Shown: positions 34,646 through 44,397, counted from the first letter of the stretch. The stretch: 54,754 bases of DNA from Anaerolineae bacterium (GCA_029907165.1 JARYMK010000002.1:1-54754), one strand, 5' to 3'. Translations and numbers: made by a program. Notes: a model not told the origin generated them from the letters alone.

Positions 34646-35829
34646 GCGAGTTCAAAGCACTGGACGGGACCGGCGCCGTCGCCGAGGCGATGCGACAGAT
34701 CAACCCCGACGTCGTCGCCGCGTACCCCATCACACCCCAGACCGCCATCGTGCAGACGTTCTCGGAGTTCGTCGCCGACGGGCTGGTGGACACCGAGTTC
34801 ATCACCGTGGAGAGCGAGCACAGCGCCTTGAGCGCGTGCGTGGGCGCTGCGGCTGCGGGCGCGCGCGTCATGACGGCCACCTCGTCGGCGGGCCTGGCGT
34901 TCATGTGGGAAATCCTGTACGTGGCGGCGTCCAATCGCCTGCCCATCATCATGACCAACGTGAACCGCGCGCTGTCGGCCCCCATCAACATCCACTGCGA
35001 CCACTCGGACTCCATGGGCGCGCGCGACGCGGGCTGGATTCACCTGTTCTGCGAGAACGCACAGGAGGCCTACGACACGGTCATCCAGGCCGTGCGCATC
35101 GCCGAGCACCCCGACGTGCTGCTGCCGGTGATGGTGCTGTTTGACGGGTTCATCACGTCCCACGCCGAGGAGCGCGTGGAAATCTTTGACGACGCCTGGG
35201 TCAAGGCGTTCGTCGGCGAGTACAAGCCCAAGCACTCGCTGCTGGACCTGGACCATCCGGTAACCTACGGCCCGCTGGACTTCACCGACTACTACTTTGA
35301 GCACAAGCGCCAGCAGGTGGAAGCCATGCGCCATGCCCAGAAGGTCATCCTGGACGTGGCCGACGAGTTCGCCAAGACGTTCGGGCGCAAGTACGGCCTG
35401 TTTGAGATGTACCGCCTGGACGACGCCGAGGTGGCGGTTGTGGTGTCGTCGTCCACCGCCGGCACGGCCCGCGCCGCCGTGGACAAACTGCGGGCGCAGG
35501 GGGCGAAGGTGGGCCTGCTCAAGCCGCGCGTCTTCCGTCCGTTCCCGGCCCAGGAAATGGTGGCTGCCCTGCAGCATCTGAAGGCGGTCGGCGTCATGGA
35601 CCGCGCCATCTCGTTCGGCTCCATGGGCAACGCAGGGCCACTGTTCCTGGAACTGGCGGCGGCGATGAAAATCTACGATGCGGGCGTCCCCATGGCCGAC
35701 TTCGTGTTCGGCCTGGGCGGGCGCGACATCGTCCCCTCGCAGATTGAGGGCGTATTCCGCAGCCTGCTCCAGATCGCCGAGACCGGCAAGGTGTCCGAAC
35801 TGGTCTCCTACGTCGGCGTGCGCGAGTAG
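34642..35829 (+). CDS. porA: 2-oxoacid:ferredoxin oxidoreductase alpha subunit
   Basis: LDGTGAVAEAMRQINPDVVAAYPITPQT...; 4-nt overlap with porD. Confidence 0.88.
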   Translation: MSEFKALDGTGAVAEAMRQINPDVVAAYPITPQTAIVQTFSEFVADGLVDTEFITVESEHSALSACVGAAAAGARVMTATSSAGLAFMWEILYVAASNRLPIIMTNVNRALSAPINIHCDHSDSMGARDAGWIHLFCENAQEAYDTVIQAVRIAEHPDVLLPVMVLFDGFITSHAEERVEIFDDAWVKAFVGEYKPKHSLLDLDHPVTYGPLDFTDYYFEHKRQQVEAMRHAQKVILDVADEFAKTFGRKYGLFEMYRLDDAEVAVVVSSSTAGTARAAVDKLRAQGAKVGLLKPRVFRPFPAQEMVAALQHLKAVGVMDRAISFGSMGNAGPLFLELAAAMKIYDAGVPMADFVFGLGGRDIVPSQIEGVFRSLLQIAETGKVSELVSYVGVRE

Positions 35830-35847
35830 GCGGGAAAGGAGAACAAC

Positions 35848-36783
35848 ATGGCAACGAAACTGAATCTCAAAGAACTGTCCAAGCGCGAGGACCGGCTGGC
35901 TCCGGGACACCGCCTGTGCGCGGGGTGCGGCGCGGGCATCGTCGTGCGCCAGATTCTGGCCGCCATTGACGAGCCTGTCGTCCTGGCCAATGCCACCGGC
36001 TGCCTGGAAGTGTCCACCACCATCTTCCCCTATACGTCGTGGCGCGTGCCCTGGATTCACAACGCCTTTGAGAACGCCGCGTCCACCATGAGCGGCGTGG
36101 AGACGGCGTACCGCGCCCTGGTGAAGCGGGGCAAGATTCCCGAGCAGAACGTGAAGTTTATCGCCTTCGGTGGCGACGGCGGCACGTATGATATCGGCAT
36201 CCAGGCCCTGTCGGGCGCGTTGGAGCGCGGGCACAAGATGATGTACGTCTGCTACAACAACGAGGCGTACATGAACACCGGCATCCAGCGTTCCAGCGCC
36301 ACGCCGTTGGGGGCCAACACGACCACATCGCCCGCGGGCAAGGTCATCCCGGGCAAGATGCAGCCCCGCAAGGACCTGACGGCCATCTGCGCGGCGCACA
36401 ATATCCCCTATGTGGCCCAGGCGTCGCCCCACAACTGGCGCGACCTGATGGAGAAGGCCCGCAAGGGCGTGGCCGCCGACGGCCCGGCGTTCCTGAACGT
36501 CCTGTCGTCCTGCAACCGCGGGTGGCGGCACGACACGTCTACCACCGTGGAGGTCATGAAACTGGCGACGGAGACCTGCGTCTGGCCGCTGTACGAGGTG
36601 GAGAACGGCGTGTGGCGGCTCACCTACAAGCCCAAGGTCAAGAAGCCCGTTACCGAATGGCTAGAGGCCCAGGGCCGCTTCCGCCACCTGTTCCGCCCGG
36701 AGAACCAGTACATGATAGAGCGCATCCAGGCGGATGTGGACGGGAAGTGGGAGCGCCTGCTGAAACTCTGCGGGGAAGCGTAG
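35848..36783 (+). CDS. porB: 2-oxoacid:ferredoxin oxidoreductase beta subunit (TPP-binding)
   Basis: PGHRLCAGCGAGI..., GGDGGTYDIG, YNNEAYMNTGIQRS. Confidence 0.88.
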   Translation: MATKLNLKELSKREDRLAPGHRLCAGCGAGIVVRQILAAIDEPVVLANATGCLEVSTTIFPYTSWRVPWIHNAFENAASTMSGVETAYRALVKRGKIPEQNVKFIAFGGDGGTYDIGIQALSGALERGHKMMYVCYNNEAYMNTGIQRSSATPLGANTTTSPAGKVIPGKMQPRKDLTAICAAHNIPYVAQASPHNWRDLMEKARKGVAADGPAFLNVLSSCNRGWRHDTSTTVEVMKLATETCVWPLYEVENGVWRLTYKPKVKKPVTEWLEAQGRFRHLFRPENQYMIERIQADVDGKWERLLKLCGEA

Positions 36784-36812
36784 CCGCCCAACCGCGCGAA
36801 TTGCAACGAAGA

Positions 36813-36847
36813 GGGTCTGCACGGGTTCCTGTGCAGGCCCTTTTCTT
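36813..36847 (+). terminator. Intrinsic terminator after porB
   Basis: GGGTCTGCAC-gggttcct-GTGCAGGCCC followed by TTTTCTT. Confidence 0.8.
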
Positions 36848-36851
36848 GCGC

Positions 36852-36880
36852 TTGACAGGTGCGCCCCGCCGCCGTATAGT
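36852..36880 (+). promoter_or_regulatory. sigma70-like promoter of upp
   Basis: TTGACA-17 nt-TATAGT. Confidence 0.5.
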
Positions 36881-36902
36881 GGGCGCACCGACCTGGCGGG
36901 CG

Positions 36903-37013
36903 GATTCACCGCAGAGAGCGCGGAGAACGCAGAGGGGCGAGACCGCTTCGCTCGTGATGATGTGAGAAGGCAGGCGCGTCGCACGTGAACCCGCCAGGCC
37001 GCTTGCAATGACA
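36903..37013. repeat. Composite of a family-2 left arm and degraded family-1 arms inside the upp leader
   Basis: GATTCACCGCAGAGAGCGCGGAGAACGCAGAGG, then GAGACCGCTTCGCTCGTGATGAT and GCCGCTTGCAATGAC. Confidence 0.5.
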
Positions 37014-37072
37014 GGAGGAAGTGTGGCCTGAAATCCAGTGCCCGGTACACTCTTTCGGAGGTCTAGTCACGC

Positions 37073-37696
37073 ATGCAGGTCTTTGCATCCCGACATCCGC
37101 TCATCCAGCACAAACTGACGCTCCTGCGCGACAAGCGCACCGAGCCCAAGAAGTTCCGCGAGTTGGTGCGCGAGATCGCCATCCTGCTGGCCTACGAGGC
37201 GACGGCCGATCTGGCCCTGAAGCCCGCCCAGGTTGAGACGCCGCTGGCCCCGTACAACGGCGCGCAACTGGCCGAGAAGATCGGCCTTGTGCCCATCCTG
37301 CGGGCGGGGCTGGCGATGGTGGAAGGCATCTGGGAGATGATGCCGTCGGCCGAGGTGTGGCATATCGGCCTGTACCGCGACGAGCGAACGCTGCGGCCCG
37401 TGGAGTACTACAACCGCCTGCCTGTGGACCCGACGGTGCAGGTGTGCCTCATCCTGGACCCCATGCTGGCGACGGGCGGTTCGGCGGTGGCGACGGCCGA
37501 CATCCTGAAGCGCTGGGGGGCCAAGCGCATCAAGTTCGTGGGCATCATCGCCGCGCCCGAAGGGATTGAGCGGCTCAGCACCGCCCACCCGGACATCCCC
37601 ATACACGTGGCGGCCATAGACGAGCGGCTGAACGAGCGCGGCTACATCGTGCCCGGGCTGGGCGACGCGGGCGACCGACAGTTTGGGACGGGGTAG
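37073..37696 (+). CDS. upp: Uracil phosphoribosyltransferase
   Basis: [41 protein letters not shown]. Confidence 0.92.
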   Translation: MQVFASRHPLIQHKLTLLRDKRTEPKKFRELVREIAILLAYEATADLALKPAQVETPLAPYNGAQLAEKIGLVPILRAGLAMVEGIWEMMPSAEVWHIGLYRDERTLRPVEYYNRLPVDPTVQVCLILDPMLATGGSAVATADILKRWGAKRIKFVGIIAAPEGIERLSTAHPDIPIHVAAIDERLNERGYIVPGLGDAGDRQFGTG

Positions 37697-37699
37697 GGA

Positions 37700-38731
37700 A
37701 TGGCGTTTGCGCTGGTGTTTGCGGCCTCGTTTCTGGTGTCGCTGGCGCTGACGCCGCTGGCGGGGCGGCTGGGCCTGCGCCTGGGCATCGCCGACGTGCC
37801 GGGCGGGCGGCGCAAGCACGCGGGCCGCGTGTCGCGCCTGGGCGGAGTGGCGTTGTTCGCCGCGTTCATGACGGGCATCCTGGTCATGCACCTGCTGCCC
37901 GACGGCGTCCGCCCCGCCACCAACGACCCGAACGAGGCTACCCGCCTTCTGGGAGTGCTCCTCGGCAGCGTCTTCGTCTTCGCGGCGGGCATCTGGGACG
38001 ACGCCCGCGAACTTCCCTCGTGGCCGCAGTTTGTGGTGCAAGCGGTCGCAGCGGGGATCGCCATGCTGTTCCTCATCTTCATTGAGGTCGTCAACAACCC
38101 GCTGACCAATCGGCAAATCTGGTTCCCCTGGTACATCACCGTTCCCCTGACGCTGTTTTGGATCATGGGCGCGATGAACACGGTCAACTTCCTGGATGGG
38201 CTGGACGGCCTGGCGGCTGGGGTTACGGCCATCGCCGCGCTGGTGCTCACCATCCACATGGCGCGCGAAGGGCAGCACAGCGTGGCGCTCCTGCCGCTGG
38301 CGTTGCTGGGGAGCACGCTGGGCTTCTTGCCGTACAACTTCCACCCGGCGCGGGTGTTCATGGGCAGCGGCGGGTCGTACTTCCTGGGGTTCGCGCTGGG
38401 CACGCTGTCCATCGTGGCCGGGGGCAAGGTGGCGACGCTCCTGCTGGTGCTGGGCATCCCCATCATGGACGTGGCATGGCAGATCGTGTCGCGCATTCGG
38501 CGGGGCCAGCCCATCGGCCAAGGCGACCGAGGGCATCTTCACTTCCGCCTGGCCGACATGGGGTGGTCGCAGCGGCGCATCGTGCTGGCGTACTACGCCT
38601 TCTGCGCGCTGTTCGGCGGGATGGCGCTGCTCATCTCCACGCGGCTGTACAAACTCATCGCGCTTGTGGCCCTGGCGGGGGTATTCGTGTGGGCTTCGCG
38701 GCGCGGCGGGGCGTCGGGTGCAGGCTCGTAG
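37700..38731 (+). CDS. GT4-family polyprenyl-phosphate N-acetylhexosamine-1-phosphate transferase (WecA/TagO/MraY-like)
   Basis: 11 TM helices, DVPGGRRKH, NTVNFLDGLDGLA, FMGSGGSYFLGF motifs. Confidence 0.85.
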   Translation: MAFALVFAASFLVSLALTPLAGRLGLRLGIADVPGGRRKHAGRVSRLGGVALFAAFMTGILVMHLLPDGVRPATNDPNEATRLLGVLLGSVFVFAAGIWDDARELPSWPQFVVQAVAAGIAMLFLIFIEVVNNPLTNRQIWFPWYITVPLTLFWIMGAMNTVNFLDGLDGLAAGVTAIAALVLTIHMAREGQHSVALLPLALLGSTLGFLPYNFHPARVFMGSGGSYFLGFALGTLSIVAGGKVATLLLVLGIPIMDVAWQIVSRIRRGQPIGQGDRGHLHFRLADMGWSQRRIVLAYYAFCALFGGMALLISTRLYKLIALVALAGVFVWASRRGGASGAGS

Positions 38732-38782
38732 CACCGCGGCCGCCGTGTTGCATTCACATAACCACGGATTCGGAGGGCAAGC

Positions 38783-39586
38783 ATGGAGACCACACGACCC
38801 AATCTGGTTCGGCGCTACCCTGTGGCCGCGTTCTACGTGCTGGCGTTCGCCCTCGCGTGGCTGGGCTGGTTCCCGCAGACCCTGCACGCCCGCGGCCTGT
38901 TCCCGTTTGACAGTCCCCTGTTCAGCCTTCTCGGCGGCGCAGGCCCCACGCTGGCCGCCGTCCTCGTGATTTGGGCGCTGAAGGGCAAGGACGGCCCGCG
39001 CGAGTTGTTCGCGCCGCTGACCTGGTGGCGGGCTTCCTGGGGATGGTGGGCGTTCGCGTTCCTGGCATGGTTCGGCATTGCGGCGGCGGCGCTGGGCGTG
39101 GGCGCGCTGTTCGGCGAGCGGTTTGACGCGGTGCTGCGCTTCAACTGGGCTGCCCTGCCCGCCATCTTCGTTACGATGCTCCTGTCCAATGTCTGGGAGG
39201 AGATCGGCTGGCGCGGGTTCGCGCTGCCGCGCTTGCAGGAGCGATACAGCGACCTGGCAATCGCCGTCGTCATGGGCCTGCTGTGGAGTCTGTGGCACCT
39301 GCCGCTGTACCTAAACCCCGTTTCGCCCATGTCGCAACTGCCGTGGGTGGGCGAGGTGGTGTTCAGCGTCGCGCTGACGGTGATCTACACGTGGCTGTAC
39401 AACGGCACGGGTCGCAGCCTGCTGTTCGTGAGCGTGTTCCACGCCATGTCCAATACGGTGGCCTTCGCGCTGGCCGAGTCGGGGGCCTTCGTATCGTCCT
39501 ACCGGTTCGTGGTGGGGGTTACGGCGGTTGTGGCAGCGGCCATCGTGCTGGCGTGCGGGCCGCGGCGATTCCACAGGGCGGCGTAG
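38783..39586 (+). CDS. CPBP-family intramembrane glutamic endopeptidase (CAAX protease-like)
   Basis: WEEIGWRGFALPRL and FHAMSN motifs in a multi-TM protein. Confidence 0.8.
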   Translation: METTRPNLVRRYPVAAFYVLAFALAWLGWFPQTLHARGLFPFDSPLFSLLGGAGPTLAAVLVIWALKGKDGPRELFAPLTWWRASWGWWAFAFLAWFGIAAAALGVGALFGERFDAVLRFNWAALPAIFVTMLLSNVWEEIGWRGFALPRLQERYSDLAIAVVMGLLWSLWHLPLYLNPVSPMSQLPWVGEVVFSVALTVIYTWLYNGTGRSLLFVSVFHAMSNTVAFALAESGAFVSSYRFVVGVTAVVAAAIVLACGPRRFHRAA

Positions 39587-39609
39587 GCGGGCGCGGCGGC
39601 AGCAAACCG

Positions 39610-39638
39610 TTGACCTCCCGCAACCGTGCTGGTACAAT
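39610..39638 (+). promoter_or_regulatory. sigma70-like promoter followed by a roughly 170-nt untranslated, hairpin-rich leader
   Basis: TTGACC-17 nt-TACAAT. Confidence 0.55.
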
Positions 39639-39815
39639 ATGAGCGGCGGGGCAGCGAACCCGCTGTGGCGTATGCGGTTCGTGGTGTGCACGAGCGGCAG
39701 ATCTTCCGCGTAACGCGCCCCGGAAGGCATATCATGCGGGGGTTCGTCCGCGTAGCGGATTGCAGCATAATACATGTTGGGCGGGCCTTCAGGGCAGAAT
39801 GCGAGTACTACCATC

Positions 39816-40262
39816 ATGGAGTTCGAGCTTTCAGCCGTCATCAACAGGCCGTTGGAGGAGGTCTTCGCCTTCTTCAGGGACATCGATCAACATGCCGGGC
39901 AGAAGGGCACCATCGTTCCGGTCTATGACAAGGTCACGCCTGGTCCTGTCGGCATTGGCACACAATACCGCGAAGTCGTGCAGGTGATGCCGTTTGTGAC
40001 CGGAGAGATCCTGACAGAGGTCGTTGGGTACGAGCCCGGCCAGCGGCTGGCGTACAGGTTTGTCGCGCTGGGTATGGCGGGAGAGCTAACGTACCGCTTT
40101 GAAGCCGTTGAATCAGGGACGCGGTTGGTACAGCGGCAGAGTTTGTGGCCAAGCGGATGGATGAGGCTATTCAGCCCCTTGATCGGGGCGACGTTTTCTC
40201 GGATGATCGCGAGGCGTCTGGCGGGAATCAAGTCCTTTCTGGAGAGCAAAGCAGCCGACTGA
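39816..40262 (+). CDS. SRPBCC (START/polyketide cyclase-like) family protein
   Basis: MEFELSAVINRPLEEVFAFFRD... typical SRPBCC N-terminus. No clear SD; TTG at 39774 is the alternative start. Confidence 0.7.
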   Translation: MEFELSAVINRPLEEVFAFFRDIDQHAGQKGTIVPVYDKVTPGPVGIGTQYREVVQVMPFVTGEILTEVVGYEPGQRLAYRFVALGMAGELTYRFEAVESGTRLVQRQSLWPSGWMRLFSPLIGATFSRMIARRLAGIKSFLESKAAD

Positions 40263-40460
40263 TGGGTCCGGCATATGGAGTTGGCAGCAGAAGGCCCGCC
40301 CAACCTGCGCTTGCACCTGCCGCCGCTCTGCTGCGCTTCGCGGTGCAGGTGAACGGCGCGGTGGCTTCGCCATTGGGCGGCCTTGCTCGTTGCGCTCGAG
40401 GCGGTCAATCTTATGCCCGGCCCACGCGCCTTTGCCAGGCAGCCCGACGCTCCCGCCTGA

Positions 40461-40590
40461 TGCTACAACTGCATTTGTCACTCTGATGAGCGGAGCGACG
40501 AGGAATTTCGCCTCGGAACAGCGCAAGGCCGGGCACGGCCAGGGGTCTTCGCTCCGCTCAGAATGACAGACCAGAACTGCGGTTGTAGCA
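40461..40590. repeat. Family-1 palindromic repeat, copy C, with an additional 13-bp outer inverted repeat
   Basis: TGCTACAACTGCA..GTCACTCTGATGAGCGGAGCGACGAGGAAT...GTCTTCGCTCCGCTCAGAATGAC..TGCGGTTGTAGCA. Confidence 0.75.
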
Positions 40591-40600
40591 CGAACGGCCC

Positions 40601-42925
40601 CTACCTCGGCAGGCCGCACACGTACAGCGCGTCGCCCGCGGTGAAGTACAGCCGCGCGTTGGCCTCATCTACGCGCAGGTCGGTGATGCGGGCGAAGAAG
40701 TCCCCCTCACGGAACCGGAACTGTCGCACGAACTTGCCGTCCTTGGCGAATTGCAACACGCGCTGCGCGCCTGGGTCCGCCACGTACACGTGCTCGACCT
40801 CCTCGTCCACGTCGGCGTAGACGGCGACGGGCTGCTGGAGCGGTTGGGCGAGGCCCTCCAGCGAGAACGGCTGCTTATCGCCCCGCTTGAACTTCTCCAG
40901 GCGGCCCGTGCCGTACAGCACGTAAATGGCCCCGTCAATAGCGATGTCCACCGCGCCGCGCAGGTCACGGGTCTGCGCCAGGGCGAACCACTCGTCGGGC
41001 GGGCTTTCGTACCCGTTGGCGGTCGCCGAATACCGGAATATCTGGTTGCCGCCCGCGTCCAGAACGTAGAGGTTGCCGCGGTAGGACGCCATGGCCGCGG
41101 GCTGCTGCCACTTGTCCGTGCCGGCGAGCGCGAGCAGGCTCACCCCCCGCCGCGGGCTGTATTCCAGGAGTCGGCGGTCGCCTGTAACCACGAGCAAGCC
41201 GCTGGATGCGCGGTTGTCCACGGCCGCCGCCCAAGCCATCTTCCACAGGCTGCCAACGGTGTATCCCCCGACGGTGGCCCCTCGTGTTACGATTCCGGGC
41301 GCGCTCTGGTCTGGCTGGAGCTCCACGCCCGTCTCGTCCAGCGTCCTGCGCACCACGCGGCCGCTCTTGCTGTCCAGTAGGTACACGTCCGACCCCGCGA
41401 TGACAAGCCCATCCCATGCGGCCTGTTCGGCGGCGGACGCCTGATACAGGACGCGCGGTGCGTCCAGGCGGACGGTGCCCTCCACTTGGTCCAGCGTGGC
41501 CTGCACCTGGGCGGCGAGTTGCGCCGTGCGCGGGTCCTGCGCACGTATCTGGCGGGCCTGCTCTACCAGCACCAGCGCCTCGGTCAGGAGCACCTGCTTC
41601 TCCTGGACGGTCGGGGCGCGCTGGGCGAGACCAACCTTCGTCTCCGCCATGCGCAGCAGGCCATTGTACTGTTGCAGCCGCTGCTTGGACTGGATGAGTT
41701 GCGTTACCAGGATGAGGACAACGATCAGCGGGATGGCGACGGCCAGCAGCAGCCACAGCCGCCGCACCGAGGGCCTGGCTGGGCGGGCGGCAGGTGCGGG
41801 ACGCGGGCGGGCGACGGCGGGGCGCGGCCGAGGGCGGAACAGCGCGGCCAGCCAGCCGACGACCACGGCGAACCCCAGCGCCGCGTCGGATAAGAACGTC
41901 GCGAGGCCCCTGCGCAGGGCGCGGCCTAGCCCCAGCAGGGAGAAGCCGCCCCTTGCCGCCCGCGCAGGCGCTCTCGCGGGCATGGCGGGCAAAACCGACT
42001 CTTCTAGGCGGGGGACGGCTTTGGGAGGCGGCATGGGAACCAGCGTCTCGGCGGCCGTCTCCCAGTCGGCGGCGACGAGACCCTCTTCCACCAATTCCTC
42101 GGCCTCCGCCAGTTCTTCGGGCGCGGCCGCCGGCTCCATCTCAGGGGGCGCTTCGGGTTCAGCGGGAGCCTCGGCCGGGGCGCTTGGCGCGGGCGCAGCG
42201 GCCACTGGCGGCTCGCCTTTGGCGTGGATGAGGATGACCATGCAGGCCACCTCGGCGTCGCCGCACAGACGCGCCAGGTTGTAAAGCGCGTCGTCAATGG
42301 GCTGAAACAGCACAGCCTCTCCCACATCCTTCGTCGCCACGGTATGGGCCAACGCGGTCGTGCCCAGGACGATGGCATCACCGGGCTGCACCGATGCATG
42401 GAACAGGTTCGCGTGTACGGTGGCGTGGACGCCGAGAGGCGCGGGGTACAGCCGCTCGGGGGCGCTGGGGAGCGGTCTCTGCAGCCAGGGCGAGGATTCC
42501 GGGAATCGGCGCAGGCTGCCCTTCTGCCCCAGGTACACGACCGCCGGGCCTGCCTGGCCGATGTACACGTCCTGCCCCATGTGGAACACGCAGGTAACGC
42601 CGCCCAGCAGGCGCTCCTCGGGCAGAAGCCCCACGTTGGCGTGGACGAGGAGCGCGTTGGCCTCCTGGATGGCCTCCTGCAGGCGCGCGGTGATGCTGCC
42701 CGCGTGGCGGAAGTAGGCGTCGCTGATGGCCTGGAGGAGTTCCTCGTAAATCTCCTCCTCGCCCAGGGAGCGGCCCACCAGTTCCACGGCGATGGCCAAC
42801 TGGCCCGCCTCGCGACTCTGGGGGTCCAGCGGCCCCCGCGTTACCAGCAGGTTGGGGGCCTCGTCCTGGACGGTGCCGTCCACGATGCTGAACAGGCCCA
42901 CTGTTGAGGTGAGATCCACTGCCAT
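40601..42925 (-). CDS. Bitopic membrane protein: cytoplasmic degenerate PP2C/SpoIIE-like domain, Pro/Ala/Glu linker, one TM helix, external beta-propeller (NHL-like) domain
   Basis: N-terminus has GGVTCVFHMGQDVYIGQAGPAVVYL (PP2C-like strand pattern but GDSR replaced by AGPA). TM helix LWLLLAVAIPLIVVLILV. C-terminus has repeated YVLD/YVAD...G strands, e.g. HVYVADPGAQRVLQFAKDGKFVRQF. Confidence 0.55.
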   Translation of the reverse strand: MAVDLTSTVGLFSIVDGTVQDEAPNLLVTRGPLDPQSREAGQLAIAVELVGRSLGEEEIYEELLQAISDAYFRHAGSITARLQEAIQEANALLVHANVGLLPEERLLGGVTCVFHMGQDVYIGQAGPAVVYLGQKGSLRRFPESSPWLQRPLPSAPERLYPAPLGVHATVHANLFHASVQPGDAIVLGTTALAHTVATKDVGEAVLFQPIDDALYNLARLCGDAEVACMVILIHAKGEPPVAAAPAPSAPAEAPAEPEAPPEMEPAAAPEELAEAEELVEEGLVAADWETAAETLVPMPPPKAVPRLEESVLPAMPARAPARAARGGFSLLGLGRALRRGLATFLSDAALGFAVVVGWLAALFRPRPRPAVARPRPAPAARPARPSVRRLWLLLAVAIPLIVVLILVTQLIQSKQRLQQYNGLLRMAETKVGLAQRAPTVQEKQVLLTEALVLVEQARQIRAQDPRTAQLAAQVQATLDQVEGTVRLDAPRVLYQASAAEQAAWDGLVIAGSDVYLLDSKSGRVVRRTLDETGVELQPDQSAPGIVTRGATVGGYTVGSLWKMAWAAAVDNRASSGLLVVTGDRRLLEYSPRRGVSLLALAGTDKWQQPAAMASYRGNLYVLDAGGNQIFRYSATANGYESPPDEWFALAQTRDLRGAVDIAIDGAIYVLYGTGRLEKFKRGDKQPFSLEGLAQPLQQPVAVYADVDEEVEHVYVADPGAQRVLQFAKDGKFVRQFRFREGDFFARITDLRVDEANARLYFTAGDALYVCGLPR

Positions 42926-43034
42926 ACTTCTCCCTCCTCCACCCCGCGGAAAGAACAGTTGCCGCTTCGCTCTACATCCGTCGGTGCAATCCCCATGCCC
43001 CGTTCAGATGCCGGGCTGGTACTTGCGGGGGCAT

Positions 43035-43148
43035 GTCATTGCGAGGAGCGCAGCGACGAAGCAACCTCGGCAACCGAGATGCTTCGCTTCGCTCAGCACG
43101 ACAGATAGGGCTGGGATTGCTTCGGGCACTCCGTGCCCTCGCAATGAC
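43035..43148. repeat. Family-1 palindromic repeat, copy D (three arms)
   Basis: GTCATTGCGAGGAGCGCAGCGACGAAGCAACCTC / GAGATGCTTCGCTTCGCTCAGCACGAC / GATTGCTTCGGGCACTCCGTGCCCTCGCAATGAC. Confidence 0.8.
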
Positions 43149-43176
43149 AACTCACAATTCTCCCTGTGGTCAAGTA

Positions 43177-44397
43177 CTAATCCTGTCCTGTGGCTGCCTT
43201 TTTCAGAACCTCGCTCCCTTTCTCCAATAGCAGGTCAAAACGTTCCTTGGGCTCGCCCTTCTGCTCCAGGTAGCGGGCGAGGATTTGCTCCGGCGTCAGT
43301 TGCTCCAGCGCCCCGACACCCAGACGCGTGCGGGTCTGCCGATCCACGTCAATGTTCACGCTAGCCACAAAGAAGGCGTCGGCCAGGGCATCGCGCAGGG
43401 CCTTCTGGTCAATGCGCAGGGCCTGGTCCTCGGTGGCGCGGACGGACACGCGGATGATGGCGCCCTTGGGCTTGGCGCGGGCGATGGCCTTCAGCACCTC
43501 CTGGGTGGGGTCATCGCTCTTGACGTCCACGCGCACGCTTACCATGCGGCGCGCGGGGACGGGATGGAACTCAAAGCGGGCGCGGCCTTTCTCCACCTCG
43601 GCCACAACGAACCCTTTTTCTTCCTTCTCCTCGCCGAAGTCCACGCGCTCCATACTCCCCGCGTATACCACCAGCGGGCTTTCGCGCAACACCTGGTGCT
43701 TGTGAATGTGGCCCAGCGCCACGTAGTCAAAAGCCGGGTCGGCGATGTCGCCCGCAGGCAGCAGCAGGTCCTGGCCCAGCATGATGTTGCGCTCCACTCC
43801 GAAGGCTGCGCCCTGGATGCTGGCGTGGGCGGCCAGGATGGCGGGCACGTCGGGGGAGAGGCCCTGCTTCTCCTTGTTCAGCAGCCTGAGAATGGTCTCT
43901 ATAAGCATCTCGTCCACTTCTTTGACCGACTTGCCGCGCGTGGCCTCTTTGGTCAGGAAGCGGCTACGGAGCACCCAGGGCAGGGTTACCACCTGCACCG
44001 GCCCGGCCTTTGTGTCTATGCGGAGCAGTCCAATGGTGCGGCCCACGTACACGTTGTCGGCGCTGAACGTGGTGAAGACGTCCAGAGTGCTGGCGCGGCC
44101 CTCGGCAGGAGCCAGGTCGTGGTTGCCCACCACCAGGACCACCGGAATGCCCGCCCGCGCCAGTTTCAGGATGCGGGTATTGAACTCGCGCTGGTACGTG
44201 GGGTTGGGATCGCGGGTCTTGTAGGCATCACCCGCGAAGACGACGAGGTGGACGTCGTTGCCAAGCGCGTACTCCACCATCGCGTCCAGCACGGCCAGGA
44301 AGTCCACGACGCGGCTGGGCAGGCCGGTTTCGGGATCCATGCGCCCGTAGGCCTCGGTCCCCAGGTGAAAATCGGCGAAGTGCACAATGCGTATCAT
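43177..44397 (-). CDS. sbcD: SbcD/Mre11-family DNA repair exonuclease
   Basis: IRIVHFADFHLG, FAGDAYK, VVGNHD, GHIH motifs; AAGGAG RBS before the ATG at 44397. Confidence 0.85.
   Translation of the reverse strand: MIRIVHFADFHLGTEAYGRMDPETGLPSRVVDFLAVLDAMVEYALGNDVHLVVFAGDAYKTRDPNPTYQREFNTRILKLARAGIPVVLVVGNHDLAPAEGRASTLDVFTTFSADNVYVGRTIGLLRIDTKAGPVQVVTLPWVLRSRFLTKEATRGKSVKEVDEMLIETILRLLNKEKQGLSPDVPAILAAHASIQGAAFGVERNIMLGQDLLLPAGDIADPAFDYVALGHIHKHQVLRESPLVVYAGSMERVDFGEEKEEKGFVVAEVEKGRARFEFHPVPARRMVSVRVDVKSDDPTQEVLKAIARAKPKGAIIRVSVRATEDQALRIDQKALRDALADAFFVASVNIDVDRQTRTRLGVGALEQLTPEQILARYLEQKGEPKERFDLLLEKGSEVLKKAATGQD

Noticed and set aside
39640-39714. 24-codon ORF MSGGAANPLWRMRFVVCTSGRSSA as a leader peptide
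   Set aside because: The ATG abuts the -10 hexamer, so it would lie upstream of the likely TSS. There is no SD. No amino-acid bias suggests attenuation.
39690-39730. CCCCGGAAGG tetraloop-like motif reminiscent of SRP (4.5S) RNA domain IV
   Set aside because: The flanking conserved SRP elements (GGAAGCAGCC and the symmetric loop partner) are absent. No long closing helix could be drawn.
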